Below, one piece after another: positions 1-12,400 of a stretch of DNA of 64,000 nucleotides; position 1 is the first letter of the stretch, and each line of letters starts with the position of its first letter. Position numbers and translations under genes: made by a program. Source of the stretch: Takakia lepidozioides (lineage: Eukaryota; Plantae; Bryophyta); assembly GCA_030704615.1 (NCBI GenBank), contig CM060733.1:12648001-12712000 (forward strand), read 5' to 3'. The notes under the pieces were generated by a model, which saw only the letters and a program-made list of their open reading frames with translations, made no database searches and was not told where the DNA came from.

Positions 1-1
1 T

Positions 2-226
2 GGAGACACTGTCAAGTTCATCAACAACAAGGGCTTCCCCCATAATGTTGTCTTTGATGAGGATGAAATTCCCTCCGGGGTTAAGGCTGACGCTCTCAGC
101 CACGAGGATTACTTGAACGCTCCCGCCGAGAACTTCTCCATCACCTTCACGCAGAAGGGAACCTACAAATACTATTGTGAGCCTCACAGGGGTGCTGGCA
201 TGGAGGGAGAGATCACTGTCTCTTAG
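2..226 (+). CDS. PETE: Plastocyanin, C-terminal part (5' end lies outside the window)
   Basis: Frame from base 2 reads [74 protein letters not shown]. The copper ligands H (PHNV), C, H and M ([10 protein letters not shown]) are intact. TAG is at 224-226. Confidence 0.97.
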   Translation, partial: GDTVKFINNKGFPHNVVFDEDEIPSGVKADALSHEDYLNAPAENFSITFTQKGTYKYYCEPHRGAGMEGEITVS

Positions 227-2029
227 AGGCTCTTAGCTGTTCTTGTGCGATTTTGATATTTAACCTCCTCTTGAGGCTGGGTGTTGTAAAGGGATTGTAT
301 ATGTGTATTTGGCTATTGGAAAGTGACCCATCTTCTTGCTCAGAACCCTTGGGATGGTGCTATCGAAATGCCCTAGTGCAATGGACGATTGTAGTTGACG
401 TAAGTTCAAATGAAATCTCATTTTAGTTCTTCGGCTTGTGTCAATGTAGTTAGTTATCTCTGTTAGCAGCTCAGCAGATGTTTGTCAGAATGCTGCCTTT
501 CTGTGCATTCCTCAGTATTTCATTGCCGTTCAATGCCGATGTCTCTGGGTGCACTTCAAGCAGTGAGTTTGCAGATTTTCCTCCACCTCATTCCAATACA
601 ATGCATGTGTTAGGCATGTACCAGATCTGTTAGACACTTTTCAGCTCACGGATCTCCTTAGTTTGTCACCTACCCAAAATGCGTACCTGTTTGTCTGCTT
701 AGATGCAGCAGCGCTCTAACTCTTCTCATACACCTGGAGTGGCTCGTAAAATGTAGCGTGCTCTCAGACCCCAATTTACCCGCAGTGTCTGTGACCTCCA
801 CATTGGCCATGAAATCAGCCTACAACCAAGCAAGGCCCTCCACTACTAGTCCAATTTGACGCAATTCTTCGAAGCTGAAGTGGTTGGTCTAAAACAATCG
901 TGACAATCTAACATTGTCAAGGCTGAACAGCTTTGGAGCTTTTGCTACTCTTTTATCTTCAAGGATACTTGAAACCCATACAAATGTCCCATGCGAACAA
1001 CACCTTGCTTACTGTACCTAAATCCCCTGATGTCGCATCAAAATCAGGATCTGTGCTTCACAGCCAATGATGCTGCTTCAGATAGCGAAAAGCAAATTGA
1101 GACCTAGGATATCTTTGTGGAATGTTACGTTAAACCCATTTGGTACTCACGCTACATGAATCACATCACATTCGAGGAGTATGCAGTGCCGACTACCTCG
1201 TCTCGAGTGTCACTGTCGGTCCGACCACTTGTTCCGACCACCTACGAGCTGTCATCGTCGTCCCACAGATGCATTTCTCTCGCTGACACTGGAATCTGTC
1301 TGATTTCTTCAGGCCGTTGGTTGGCATTGTCCGTAGTTCATCTTGACTTAATCTTTTGTTTTGTTGATTCTACTTTTATCTCCTCTGCTGGAGACTTCTT
1401 GCTCTCCTGTTCAATCACGCCATGTTCTGGTTTCCAAGGACACATCTATGTTGACGTTCTTTCAATTTTGTCCAGTGCGACACGTTTGGAGTACTTATCT
1501 GGACCTCGCTGGGAATCGAATGGCAAAATGCTGGTGAAGTCTCTCGCGTGAAGCTGAGGGCAGGAAAACCCTAGGAAGCAGTGATGAAAGGACTGATAAG
1601 CACGCCAGCCATGGATTGTTATGGTTTATGTCAGTTTCATCTCATTGCTAGTAGAAATAGCCGATGGCAAACTCTGTCTTTATAAGGCCGGCTGTGAGGG
1701 CTGAGGTTGGTTTTTTAAGCTTACCTTTTTCATTCATGAGCCATGAGGCTGTAAGGGCCTCTTCCCATGTGCCCCCTCACCTGCGGATGAGATGGGTTCA
1801 CCGTGGAGAGGTTTATGCTTTTGCTACAGCAGGATATGGAGCTGTTTGTCACCAGTGGGGCCTAATAGTCCGCTACAAACCCCCCTCACCCCAGAGGGCT
1901 GCAGTCGCTTTTGACAAGAGCTGGGGTATATGATCAACTTGAGGGGACGGATGAGGAGGTGATTAGACAGGGAGCAACATAGGGTTGTTAAGGTTCGGGG
2001 CGTCAACAAGTCAGGCTTCAGCCCTCTCT

Positions 2030-2330
2030 TACACTTGGATGATGTCAGCTGTTGGGCTCTTGCTTAGTTCTTTGCCCTCTGCTGCACAGAGTACCATGTG
2101 GCCCTCCATTTGGAAACAAGGTGACCATATATACAAAGAGCAGGTACCTGCATCCTTGGCGCATGATGTGTATAGTCAAAGAAAACTGGGGAGATAATCC
2201 CACAAGTTTCCAACATACAGCTGTCCAAGGTTTTCCAGGAACTCTGGTCAGACTATATTGCAGTCCCAAATACAAGGCCTGTGTTCACTATCTGCTGATC
2301 AAGCTTGTAGCAAGCTTGTAAAGGTACCAT
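2030..2330 (-). mobile_element. Highly degenerate LINE reverse-transcriptase fragment
   Basis: Minus-strand peptide GKPWTAVCWKLV...HIMRQGCRYLLFVYM loosely resembles the LINE RT motifs KAFDSVxWxFL and GVRQGCPLSPLLF. It is short and eroded. Confidence 0.3.
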
Positions 2331-2503
2331 AGCATACAACTCCAAATGGGTTGAATGAAGAAATGAGTATAACCATTCTCTAAAAGAATGTGACTAGTGG
2401 GCTGTTTTTGTTTTTCAAATGAAGTGGAGGACCAATATAACAAACAGTCTGCATGATCAAACTCTCCACCTAGTTTACTATACTCACATCAACACCTTTC
2501 AGG

Positions 2504-3908
2504 TTACTTGTTACCAGCTCGGGTCCAATTCTCGCGCGCCCTGGCTGCACTGGCCTTTGCCTTGGCAAGCTCCACATTTGTGTATTTGTGCTCTTTAATG
2601 CCTAATGGCCCAGGCTGCAATACCTCTATCACCTTCTCCACTTCCTGAGCCTGCTTTCTACAAACACAAGGAAAGGCATGGGGGCAAAGTGTTAGTTACA
2701 TGTTTATAACCACCTATTCACTTGGATAACCTGTCCAATTCCAAGTATCTGTAAGATCAATCGGTCCCTCTCTTGCTCACAGTTTTGATTAGCTTTGCCT
2801 GCTGAATGGAAATCTTGGCTTAGGTTTCCCATTACTTCTCCCCAACTCTGCATCCAGAACCAGCTTAGGATATAGGCGTAACCAGCACCTAAAGAGTACT
2901 GTACATCCTTCTCTCATACACACAAACCTACATTCATACCAACAAGAAAAGGGAGAAAATGCTTTGGGTTTTAACACAGTTCTCAAACTTTTGCAGCTTT
3001 GTAGAATTGAAACAAGTTACCCTCATATGCACAGTCCAAGGTGTCTAAATATATGCACCAATGAACTAGCGTCAAGAGCTCCTACAATCTATATATCCCG
3101 TTCCACATCTGTAAACCGTCTGGGGTGTTTGACTGGACAATTGCATATTCCAGACAACACGTTCAATTTGCAACACGTGATATATGCAGCACATTCTACA
3201 GAAGCCCAACCTTCACTAAAAGAAGAAGCGCCCGCATGAGCAAGAAGGCTACCATCTTTCAGCATTTCAGGCTAACCCTGGCGATACCATGAACCCCACA
3301 AGTACCTCCGGGATTTCGACCCTCTAGAAGCCAGCCATGGGTTTCATGTTCATTACCAGAAAGGAAGCAGGACATTGATAACAAAACAGCTAGTGTGGCT
3401 ACCATCTCCACACAGTTCTGACATGTGAATTTTTTTGCACTGTCATACTGGCGTTTGTAAGGGCCCCAGAGAGAGAAATGAAATGAAATGGTGCTTTATA
3501 ACGTCCGCGGAAAGCTCGTAGAGCTTATGGGACAAAATGGAAAGAAAAACATGAGAGAAAACAGGAAGCCAGAGAGATAAGAACTATTGTTCTAGTGATT
3601 GTCTAAGGGTGAATGCCTCGTGCAGGTAGGCTGCCAAACATTTCTGATCTTCATAGTGAAAGACCTCAGTGAGAGAGAGAGAGAGAGAGACTTAGAACCC
3701 TAACAGATCGGGTGCTTTCAGGGTCCAATAGCGTGGAATAAACGTTCAGATGCGATATAAATCAATCCGATTGCAACGAATTCGCTCACCACTCCACATT
3801 TCCCGTCCCCATGGCTCAATAGAATTGCTGCATAGCAAGTGCAAGGGAAACATGGCACCTTAGTGAAGAGAAGGCAAGACGTAGCAGCCGTTCCACCACG
3901 GTTTGCAT
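2504..3908 (-). CDS. Small conserved plant protein of unknown function, possibly organellar (~79 aa)
   Basis: GT-AG exons 3908-3859, 3323-3306, 2748-2731 and 2657-2504 join in phase to give MQTVVERLLRLAFSSLRGSKSRRYLELDRKQAQEVEKVIEVLQPGPLGIKEHKYTNVELAKAKASAARARENWTRAGNK*. The VLQPGPLGIxEHK motif resembles an uncharacterised conserved plant family (from recall). Additional microexons are possible. Confidence 0.6.
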
Positions 3909-4142
3909 TTATGCTTGATGAAACAACTATCGGATCACCACCTGGAAAGACCCAACTGGCCCCACACACACAAAAGCCAGCTATGTGAGATACATAGACT
4001 ATGACAAAGAAGGCAGGGGAGATCAGAGAGACACAAGCTTCGGAACAGACGGGTCTTTAGGTACTGCAGTATGACACTACGAGGATGATAATACTGGATG
4101 AGATGCAGCAGTACCTTTGTGGGTTTGAGGGAGGGGCGGCTG

Positions 4143-4157
4143 TTAGGGTTTAGGGTT
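4143..4157. promoter_or_regulatory. Telo-box-like motif (TTAGGGTTTAGGGTT) between two divergent genes
   Basis: Two plant telomere-type units lie just upstream of the OZ/VAR3-like ATG and inside a probable 5' UTR exon of the minus-strand gene (donor near 4113). Confidence 0.45.
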
Positions 4158-4252
4158 CAAGGATTAGCGCCTTCTCCTTTCTTTTCTGCTGCATCGCAGC
4201 TGTGAATCCCTCGCAGCTGCTGCAGGATCGACACAAAGTGTTGGGTTTCTTC

Positions 4253-7200
4253 ATGACACACGAAATGGCGCTGTGTTGTAGCTCCCAATGTCTGCATAGG
4301 TCATTGCGCTCTCTGTTGGGTGCGACACTGTCAAGAGCTCCGCATCGAAGGCTTGGGTCGTCTCGAGCGTATGCAGACCTTCAGGGCTTGTCGTCTGCTT
4401 CGTCTCCATCTGTGCATGCTGTACAGTACCTTTCTTTTGGATATCGTAGATCTTTTCATAATGCCTCGCAATGCGGTCAAGTGGGTTTTCGATCGACTTT
4501 GTATAGGAATGCAGCGGGTTTCACCGCCACCAATACTTGGAGACAGGCGAGGGTTCTGTCTTTTATGAAATTTCCAGCTGCCAGGGCTCTGTCTGTAGGA
4601 AGCCTCGAGTCTGCAGATGCCTCTATTGAATCTGATGTGCCTGAAAGCGTGAGTCAGTATAATGTGTCCTTGCGGGAGATGATCGAAGCCAAAGAACGCG
4701 AACTGGAGGCCAACGCAAGAGAGCTTGAATCTTTGAGAAGTGCGCTTAGGGATAGCGAGAGTAGGACTGAAGGGGGGCATAGGGCAGACGACACAAGAGA
4801 CTTTCAGATTGCAGACAATGGCCCAACAGGGGCTGCTCCTCCGCTGTCAGTAGAGGAAGTTGTGGACAAGCGAGAGGAAGCGATTTCTCTGAATGCTGAT
4901 ATTGAGGAAGAGAGCCAGGGGTATGAGGTCGCATTGTCAGCTGCTGTCGACCAGTCACCCCCGAGTCATCCATGGCCGGAATGGCAATCTTTTTTGGACC
5001 GATTGGAGGCAGAAAAGTATTTTGACTTTAAGGATGATGGAATCAAGAAAAATGAGGACGCTGGTTTGGGTGAGAATGCTGGGAGGATTAAGCGTGCCTC
5101 CATGGGTTTCGCTCGACATCGTGACGACATTCTCAGGTACTAATCCACATTGATCCACTACGTAGTGGAGTAATTCATCCCTGGGCATAGGGCGAGATGT
5201 GTTCTACTGCAGGGTAAGGACTGCATACCGATTGTGATAAGTTAGTAGGTTGAGCCAAAAGCTTTGCGGGTTCGAAAGGAGCAGGCCATGTGGGATTTGA
5301 CAAAACAATACATATTGTAATAGTAAATTCAGCTCAACGGTTTGTGCCATTTGAGAAAGGGCTTAGAATCATAGTTAAAAAAACCCTGCAAACCAGCTGC
5401 CTGCCTGCCTGCCTGCTGGTTTCCTGCTATATGACGATGGTGGTAGCTACAGCAAGTAGTGCTCTGAGTCACTAAAGGTGCTTGCATGCAGCTCTCTGCC
5501 ACGGAAACAGCTGCAGACAATTGCCCTCTTTGGCTGTCCCAGCACGGACAGAAAGGCTGTGAATGCTGGAAAACGACTAAGAGCTTTTCTTGGAATTGCT
5601 GAAGGTTCGGTAAGCAACTCATGCCCACTTTGCTGGAGGACTAGCTCCACAAGTTTGCTGCAGAATCAGTCTTGTACCCTTAAAACTCCCTTTGCAGTCC
5701 AAGCTCGGATACAAGTTTCTTCAGACTGAACTAGTAATGGTAATGGTACCAAGTGACTAGTCCCCTTCTGGGAAACCACTAGTTTCTTCTTGCCTGGGGA
5801 CAGCTGCTTTACTGATTGGATATTTGGGGCTTTCAGGTCTGTGAACCATGTGAAATAAGGACATCGTGCTCAAGAGCATACAATAAGCCAGGCGCAAATG
5901 ATACTTTGGCCACAACAGATGTGATCCGCCTGCTTACACAATATGCACTCAGCACTGGAGCGGAGAAGCGCACATTTCCCAAAGATGTGCAGGAAGCTGT
6001 GCGGAAGCTATTGAGTGAAGTAGTGACATTGAGTGAGATCCCACGGGATCCCTCCTTACCTCGGATTGAGGATGTACGCCCATCTTTGTCCAGACCTGAT
6101 CGCAAGTTGACATTCATGGATGATGACATCAGGAGCCAGAGAAAGGCATTTGATAACCAGAAGAGATCATCTGGTTATGATATTGAAATGAAGCCTGGGG
6201 ATTGGAAGTGCCCTGAGTAAGAGCCTTGGACTTTCCTTTACATCTCGTATCTGTGAACTCTTACTTTGTCAGTGATGGATGTTGAAGATGGCTTCCTTTT
6301 TGGTTGCAGGTGCAATTTTATCAACTTCTCTCGAAACAAAGAATGCCGTGAATGTAACACCATGCGAGCACCGAAGGAGTTGCGACCGGGGGATTGGCAG
6401 TGTAAAGAGTAGGGGTCTTACCTTTCCTATTGATTTCCTCAATGTCATCACTTAGGAGATGTCCTCTTGGAGACTTTTCTTATTTACACAATCATTTGTA
6501 GGTGAGACTGGCAAGTTGTTCAAAAATTTGTTCCTCAAGAAGCGTGACCCTTTGACTCTTCAGATGCCAGTTTGTCAATTTCTCGAAGAATACCGTGTGC
6601 CGGGAGTGCAATGCTCCAAATCCAACACGAGAAATGCGGCAAGGGGATTGGCAGTGTCCTGAGTAAGAATCTTACCTTGTATTTTCTTGAAGTTTAATAG
6701 TTGATGCTGACTACTAAGTTCAAGTCCAGGGAGGGATTATCGAACTGCTGTTACGCTGATCTGGGTGATACAATGTTGAACTCAACAACCACATTGGTTG
6801 GGACCGTAGGTGCAAGTTTGTCAACTTTGCCAAAAATAAGGAGTGCTATGAGTGTACTGCGGACCGGCCAAGAGCAGCGACTGGCTTGTTGGAAAGGGGT
6901 CCTAGAAGATCAAGCACGCGAGGCGGGGGTAATGGATCTACATTTGGACGCTCAGATGACCGTGGCCGTAACAGGTTTGGTGCTGCAGAATTGAGCAATG
7001 GATTTGGTCCTGAAGGTAGACGCTCAAAGCATGAAGAGTGGAAACCTGATTTAAAGAAGAAAGGAAGCAGTAAGAGATGGGATGAGGTGGACGATTTTGA
7101 CAGTGACGACTTTGATAGTGATGACTTTGAAAGTGATGATGAGAATGACCTGGATGATGAAGATGATGGACATATGAGCTTTAGTGGCGAGGATGAGGAC

Positions 7201-7671
7201 AAGCACACCAAAGCATGGAGCAAAGGTGGAGGTGGTAGAGGTGGCCGCGTCAACAGTTTCAGTGATGAAGACGATGATGACACTGATGTCCGTCGGCCAC
7301 CAACATCGTTCAGAGGTGGACTTGGCCGTGGGAGAGGTGGGAGAGGGCGTGGTGGGAGAGGTCGAGGAGGTGGCCGATTTGGAGAGCGAGATTCCAGTAG
7401 GGGCCAATTTGGAGAGCGAGATTCCAGTAGGGGCCGATTTGGAGAGCGGGATTCCAGTAGGGGCCGGTTTGAGGAGCGAGATTCCAGTAGGGGACGGTTT
7501 GAGGATCGAGATTCTAGTAGAGACACCTTCAGAGATTCCTGGACACCCGGCGGGGGCCGATCAATGGAAGGGAGAGGTGGGGGTAGAGGTGACCGAAGCC
7601 GTGGCTCTCGTGGGGGTCGTTCTACACGAGGACGGGGTGGGGGTGGGCGCCGAGGAGGAAGAGGGAGGTAG
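4253..7671 (+). CDS. Organellar RanBP2-type zinc-finger protein of the OZ1/VAR3 family, with 3 zinc fingers and an acidic/RGG tail
   Basis: Exons 4253 (or 4265)-5136, 5492-5609, 5837-6216, 6310-6408, 6564-6662 and 6810-7671 are all GT-AG and phase-consistent. The protein has a transit-peptide-like N-terminus, the family motifs HPWPEW and GCPSTDRKAVNAGKRLR...VCEPCEIRTSCSRAY, and three W-x-C-x2-C-x3-N-x6-C-x2-C fingers. Confidence 0.88.
7372..7522 (+). repeat. In-frame 30-bp tandem repeat, 5 copies, encoding GRFGERDSSR
   Basis: Units of the type GGCCGATTTGGAGAGCGAGATTCCAGTAGG recur every 30 bp in the last exon. Confidence 0.9.
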
Positions 7672-9437
7672 AGTGAGGTCTGTAACTACGGAGTTGTCAT
7701 GCATTAGGTGAGCTTATGCCACACCTAAAAGGCCATGTGAGGAAGCCATGGTAGACATTGAAATTATGTCTACAGGTGCATGTTCGCTTCGGTGGTCAGG
7801 CAAGTCCTTTTGTGCTGTATAGGACCTTATTCCATGGGGAAGACATGGTGAGGCCGGCCATGAACTCACCGAAGCACACATACAGACAAATCTAGTAGCT
7901 TGGTGTGGATGTCCTACTGAAGTAAGTTCTGAAGACATTTTGGAGTGGATTTTATCAGCATCGTTGGGTTGTTTTCTGATGTAATGCCCATGATGTAAAG
8001 CCTTGGAGCCTGATCCATAATGTAGAAATTTGATTGGTCGCTGGCACTCGCCTTACACTGCATTTTCTTCCGATGGTGGCTTATCTCCAGGTAGCTGTCT
8101 GTATCCTTGCCTTTTTTGGTATCTCAAATTGGTTTGCTAGTTTCTTACTGCAAAGAACAGTGCTTATGTGAAGGGAAAGCTTCCAAAGTGACTCCACCTG
8201 CAAAGTGGGAAAATCGAATCTAACGGCGGGAGACCTAGGCAATGTGGATGGGCAAATCACAAAGTGTCAATCCATGTTGCGGGGCCTCGCAACAAAAGGA
8301 AAGATCGGAATTGTATGACCGTCGCGAGCTACCCAGAGAAGAATCTATAAGCAACACTTTACAAAAGCTTTTTTTTCCTGGAAAAAGGCAGAGCCAAAAG
8401 ATCAATTCATAAAGGGGTCACTGAAGGAAAATTATCCACCAGCAGCTTGTAGCTCACTTGGATAGTGCATATTGTATTGTTCCAGTGATTTGGGGCTCAA
8501 ATCCTGCTACCTTGTCCTGCACAGTATGGTTGTGTGGCGGGTCGGTGTGGGGATGGTGTCTCTTGTATTCTTCATGGCTTACTTATTACTCCTCTGTAAA
8601 GGCCCTGAATTGCGAGCTATTCGGGGAAGAAAAAAAAAAAAAAACTCTCTCAAAGAGCTCTAAAAGGGCAGCCAAGACTCGCTTCAAGTATTTTGTCCCC
8701 TGTTACCCAAATATATATATATATATATTTTTTTTGTTTTCTTAAACCAGCAATGCGGATTTGAACCCAAGAACGCACCCTTCAATAATCATCAATAAAG
8801 TTTCATCCAGGGCCTCTGTCCCCTGTTGCATATAAAAATTTATAAAAAAGAAAAGAAAAAAAAGAGCGCATCTAATGCGGCCAAACTGCCCTACCGAAAG
8901 TAGAGCAAACCCTAACGTCGAGTTCGCATTGGAGACCCGGCCCGGGCCTTGCTTTCCACGAAAGCCGTGAGTGTGAGAAAGTCGGGCATGTCTGTGCGGG
9001 TGCCTCGCTGGCGCGCTTGTACGCGGACGGATCGGAGGCTTCAAGAAGTGGCAGGACGAGCACCCGGATCTCTTCCTTTGCCTTCCCAGATCGGGCTTAT
9101 ACTGGGAGGAATTGTTCGTCAAATTGTGACTGCGAATTTTCTGCTTTGAAATCTGTATTCTTAGTCTCTCACGCATGTGGTGGAATTAAGGGCTGTAGAA
9201 TCTGTACAGTTCTGGTGAAATTCTCATGAGCGGCTGGATCGAAGGAAGGTTGCGTCGATCTGCTTAGATCTCGGGGTAGGATTCACACCTTGAGCGAGGA
9301 TAGATTGGATTGTTATATTGGGGATAAGTGAGAATTAGACTGAGGTGAGACTTGAGTGTTAGATCGGGCTAGGTGGAAATCAAGAAAATAAGGCGTTTCA
9401 AGCAGAAGGGGCAGCGGTGGGAGTGCGAATTGCAGCA

Positions 9438-12400
9438 ATGTTCAGACCATTTTCGTAAGGATTTTCGACCTTTACCGCTTCTAGGGTTCAAATATCTTTG
9501 CTCCTTCCGGCTATCCGTCCGTATCGAGTAGAAGTCAGTTCGGAGTCTAACTTCATTTAGGGTTGGCACAACTGTGGTTTCGCTGCTAAGTTAGAGTAAC
9601 TTTGCTATTCACGTCCGTATCAGGGTGTCTTCTTTCAAGTGTACTCGCTAATGTCACGCCCTCAGGGATTGCAAAATCTGATGGGAGTGTACGAGAGAAA
9701 CATTCGTCAAAGGTTTTTTTTAATCCTAGGGTTGAAATTGGCTGTGTTACTCGTCCCATCTTTCTGCTTCTGTTTTCTCTAAAGAGGGTGCATGGAATGC
9801 GGCCACAGCATCTAGTTTAATGCGAGATGTTGTTTCTCTGGCACCTTACCCTTCCTCTCTCCCTCACTAGATGTATGGGTGCAGGGGCGGGCCCCAGCAG
9901 CAGGCACAGACACCTCCACCCTCTATCCAGAGTTGGTACCCACCATCAGTTCTTGGCCCAGCAACCAGTGGCTCATCGCGACCTGATCCATCTACAAGCT
10001 TTGGGAGTTCAACCTCAGGAACTAATCCGCTCTCCCGCTCTCCAAGCTCAGCAACCAATGATGCCCGGCCTCATACATTGTCTGCCTCCCAGTCACAGTC
10101 ATCCTTGCCAGGTGTTGCCAATGCACATCCACAGCTCAGGAACAAGAGGTAAGAATTTATCTATTTCTTCGCAGTATGTGCTCAGAGATTTTGGCAATCA
10201 TAAGGATCCTAACCTTGATTCATGGGAAGAACATGCAACAATTTGACTGATGCCCTAGTCTGCTTATGAAGGCAGAGCGGTGATGCCATGGAGCAGTTAG
10301 TGCTGGGTGATGTAATTGTAGACCCCTGAGTCAAATGGTATGGTTTGGGCCTCCCTCTCTCTGTTCCCCGCTAGCCCTGTTGGGGTCTAATTGCAGCTCA
10401 ACACAGCAGATTGATGCTTATGCAAGGGGCTTTCTAGAGGATGTCTGGAAAGCGCGATATAATTGTTTTATACTAAGGTAAGTCCCACCACCAGAGTGAG
10501 CTCCTCACAAAGGTCGTGTCTGTTCCCTTTTGTTTTGTGCAAACTGGCCATGGGGTCTATGGCCACAAGGCGTCTTATGCAAATGCCCGCTGTGTGGGCA
10601 ACCTGAATACATATCCATTTTCTGATTTATTGTCCTGGGTACTCTCACAGAGAGATACCCTCTTCAAATCTCAAGGGAAATGTTCCTGGAATCTCGATGC
10701 TGAGCCAAAAGCCCAGGCCCTTTTGGGGTCTAGTTATTGGGCAAACCACACAGCAGATTGATGTTTGTGTGAAGGTTTCTAGAGGATATATGGAAAACTC
10801 GGATCAATTGCATGTTTCAAGGTGAGTCATACTAACGTCTTATGAGTACATTCTATCCCTCTGTTGCACTGGACTGGAATTTAAACTCAGGGTAGGAAGC
10901 CTACCTTTGAACAATAAACAGATGCAGCGAGAAAGTGGAGGTTGTAATTGCCCGATGTGCGGGCAGCCTGAAGACAATATCCATTTCTCTCCCTGCCCAC
11001 TAGGAAGCCTATTGCCATTGGGTGGACTGCATATGGCAGCAGATAACACGCTTCATAGTGATATATAGTGATTATGCACTATATTACTAACCTGGAAGAT
11101 TGAAAAAATTTCAGGAAAATGTCTCTGTGACTAACTGCCAGCCTTGTGACCTCATGCCTATGTTTGTTTTGACCTGAAGCACTCTGCTTCAGGTAAGGTA
11201 GTACACTAGAATGGGGCCTCTCCCTCTTTGAGATATGTCTACAGCTCCTTTGGAGTGATGATCTCTGAATGTTAACAAGCGGATCCCAACCCGCTTGGGG
11301 CAGCCCCAAAGTGGGCAGTTGCATGCTCTGTCTGGTATGGTGTCGTGGGCTAGGGTTTGTCCAGGCGTTTAAACGCGTAGCCTGCCAATTATGACAGTTC
11401 ACGTGATAATGCTGTAGATACTGTCCATACTCCCCAGGGTGATTCTCCACAAGGCTACGGCAAAGGACATCTAATGAGTACATTCTCTCTGTCTGTCTTC
11501 ACCCTGCACACCACCAGAGTGATGGGCAGATGCCTTCCCCATGCATGTCATTTCTGTTGTAAACGCAGGGCTCTAAAAGTAAAATCAATAACTCTGCAAG
11601 GGGCTGTCAAGTTTGCATATGGAGAAGTGCCTTTGTCAGCACCTTAACGGCAGTTGCGGGAAAGTAAGTTTATACCTGCAGCTGAGCTGCAAGGATAAGC
11701 TAAAAGTGGTGATTGTGAACCCCACAGAAGGCTCCGTCAGGGTTAGTTTCCGGCAGGGTCAATGGCCCTAAGGCTATGGCAAGCCAACATTCACTCTCTC
11801 TCTCTCTCATCTCATTTCCGCTCAAACTGGGCGCGGGGTCAATGGCCACAAGCCTACGGCAAACAACGTCTTATGAGTACATTCTCTCTCATCTCCCTCT
11901 TGTCTCATGAGTACTTGCTCTCATCTCCCTCTTATGCCTTCCATTGGTTGTATGCAGTGTGGAAGAGCTGTCCAGGCTAATGACAGATCAAGATGCATAC
12001 AATACATTCCTTCACAGCCTCAATGAAGTCAGACGTATGGACAAGGTAATAAATGTTCCTCATCTCGCTGCACTTGCTATACCTGATGCATACTCTAGTA
12101 ACATTGAAAGCCTCAAAGCTGTGGGATTCTAGGGTAGACACTATATCCCACATGGGCTAAGGGCTTGATCCATGATACAAGAAGTATCTAGTGCCTAGTA
12201 TAGCCATGATTACAGGAAAAGGGTCTGACTGGGTTTCTGTCGAAGTCTGATGTGGACAGGCACCTTCAATGGCGTTCACAATGATTTCTTGAGTGTAGAC
12301 TTCTTTAAGTTCAGATTAGTCAGCTCAGCTCATATTGAGTGTGAGGCTGCTCATGGTGAATCACTTGATCATGTGGATTAGTTGACTTCTTCTCAGAGTG

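Noticed and set aside
1117-1551. 144-aa ORF downstream of plastocyanin
   Set aside because: It has a GTG start, no recognisable motif and no splice support.
6846-7711. Overlapping ORFs 6846-7526 (-), 7051-7407 (-) and 7184-7711 (+)
   Set aside because: These are alternative-frame products of the low-complexity last exon of the OZ/VAR3-like gene.
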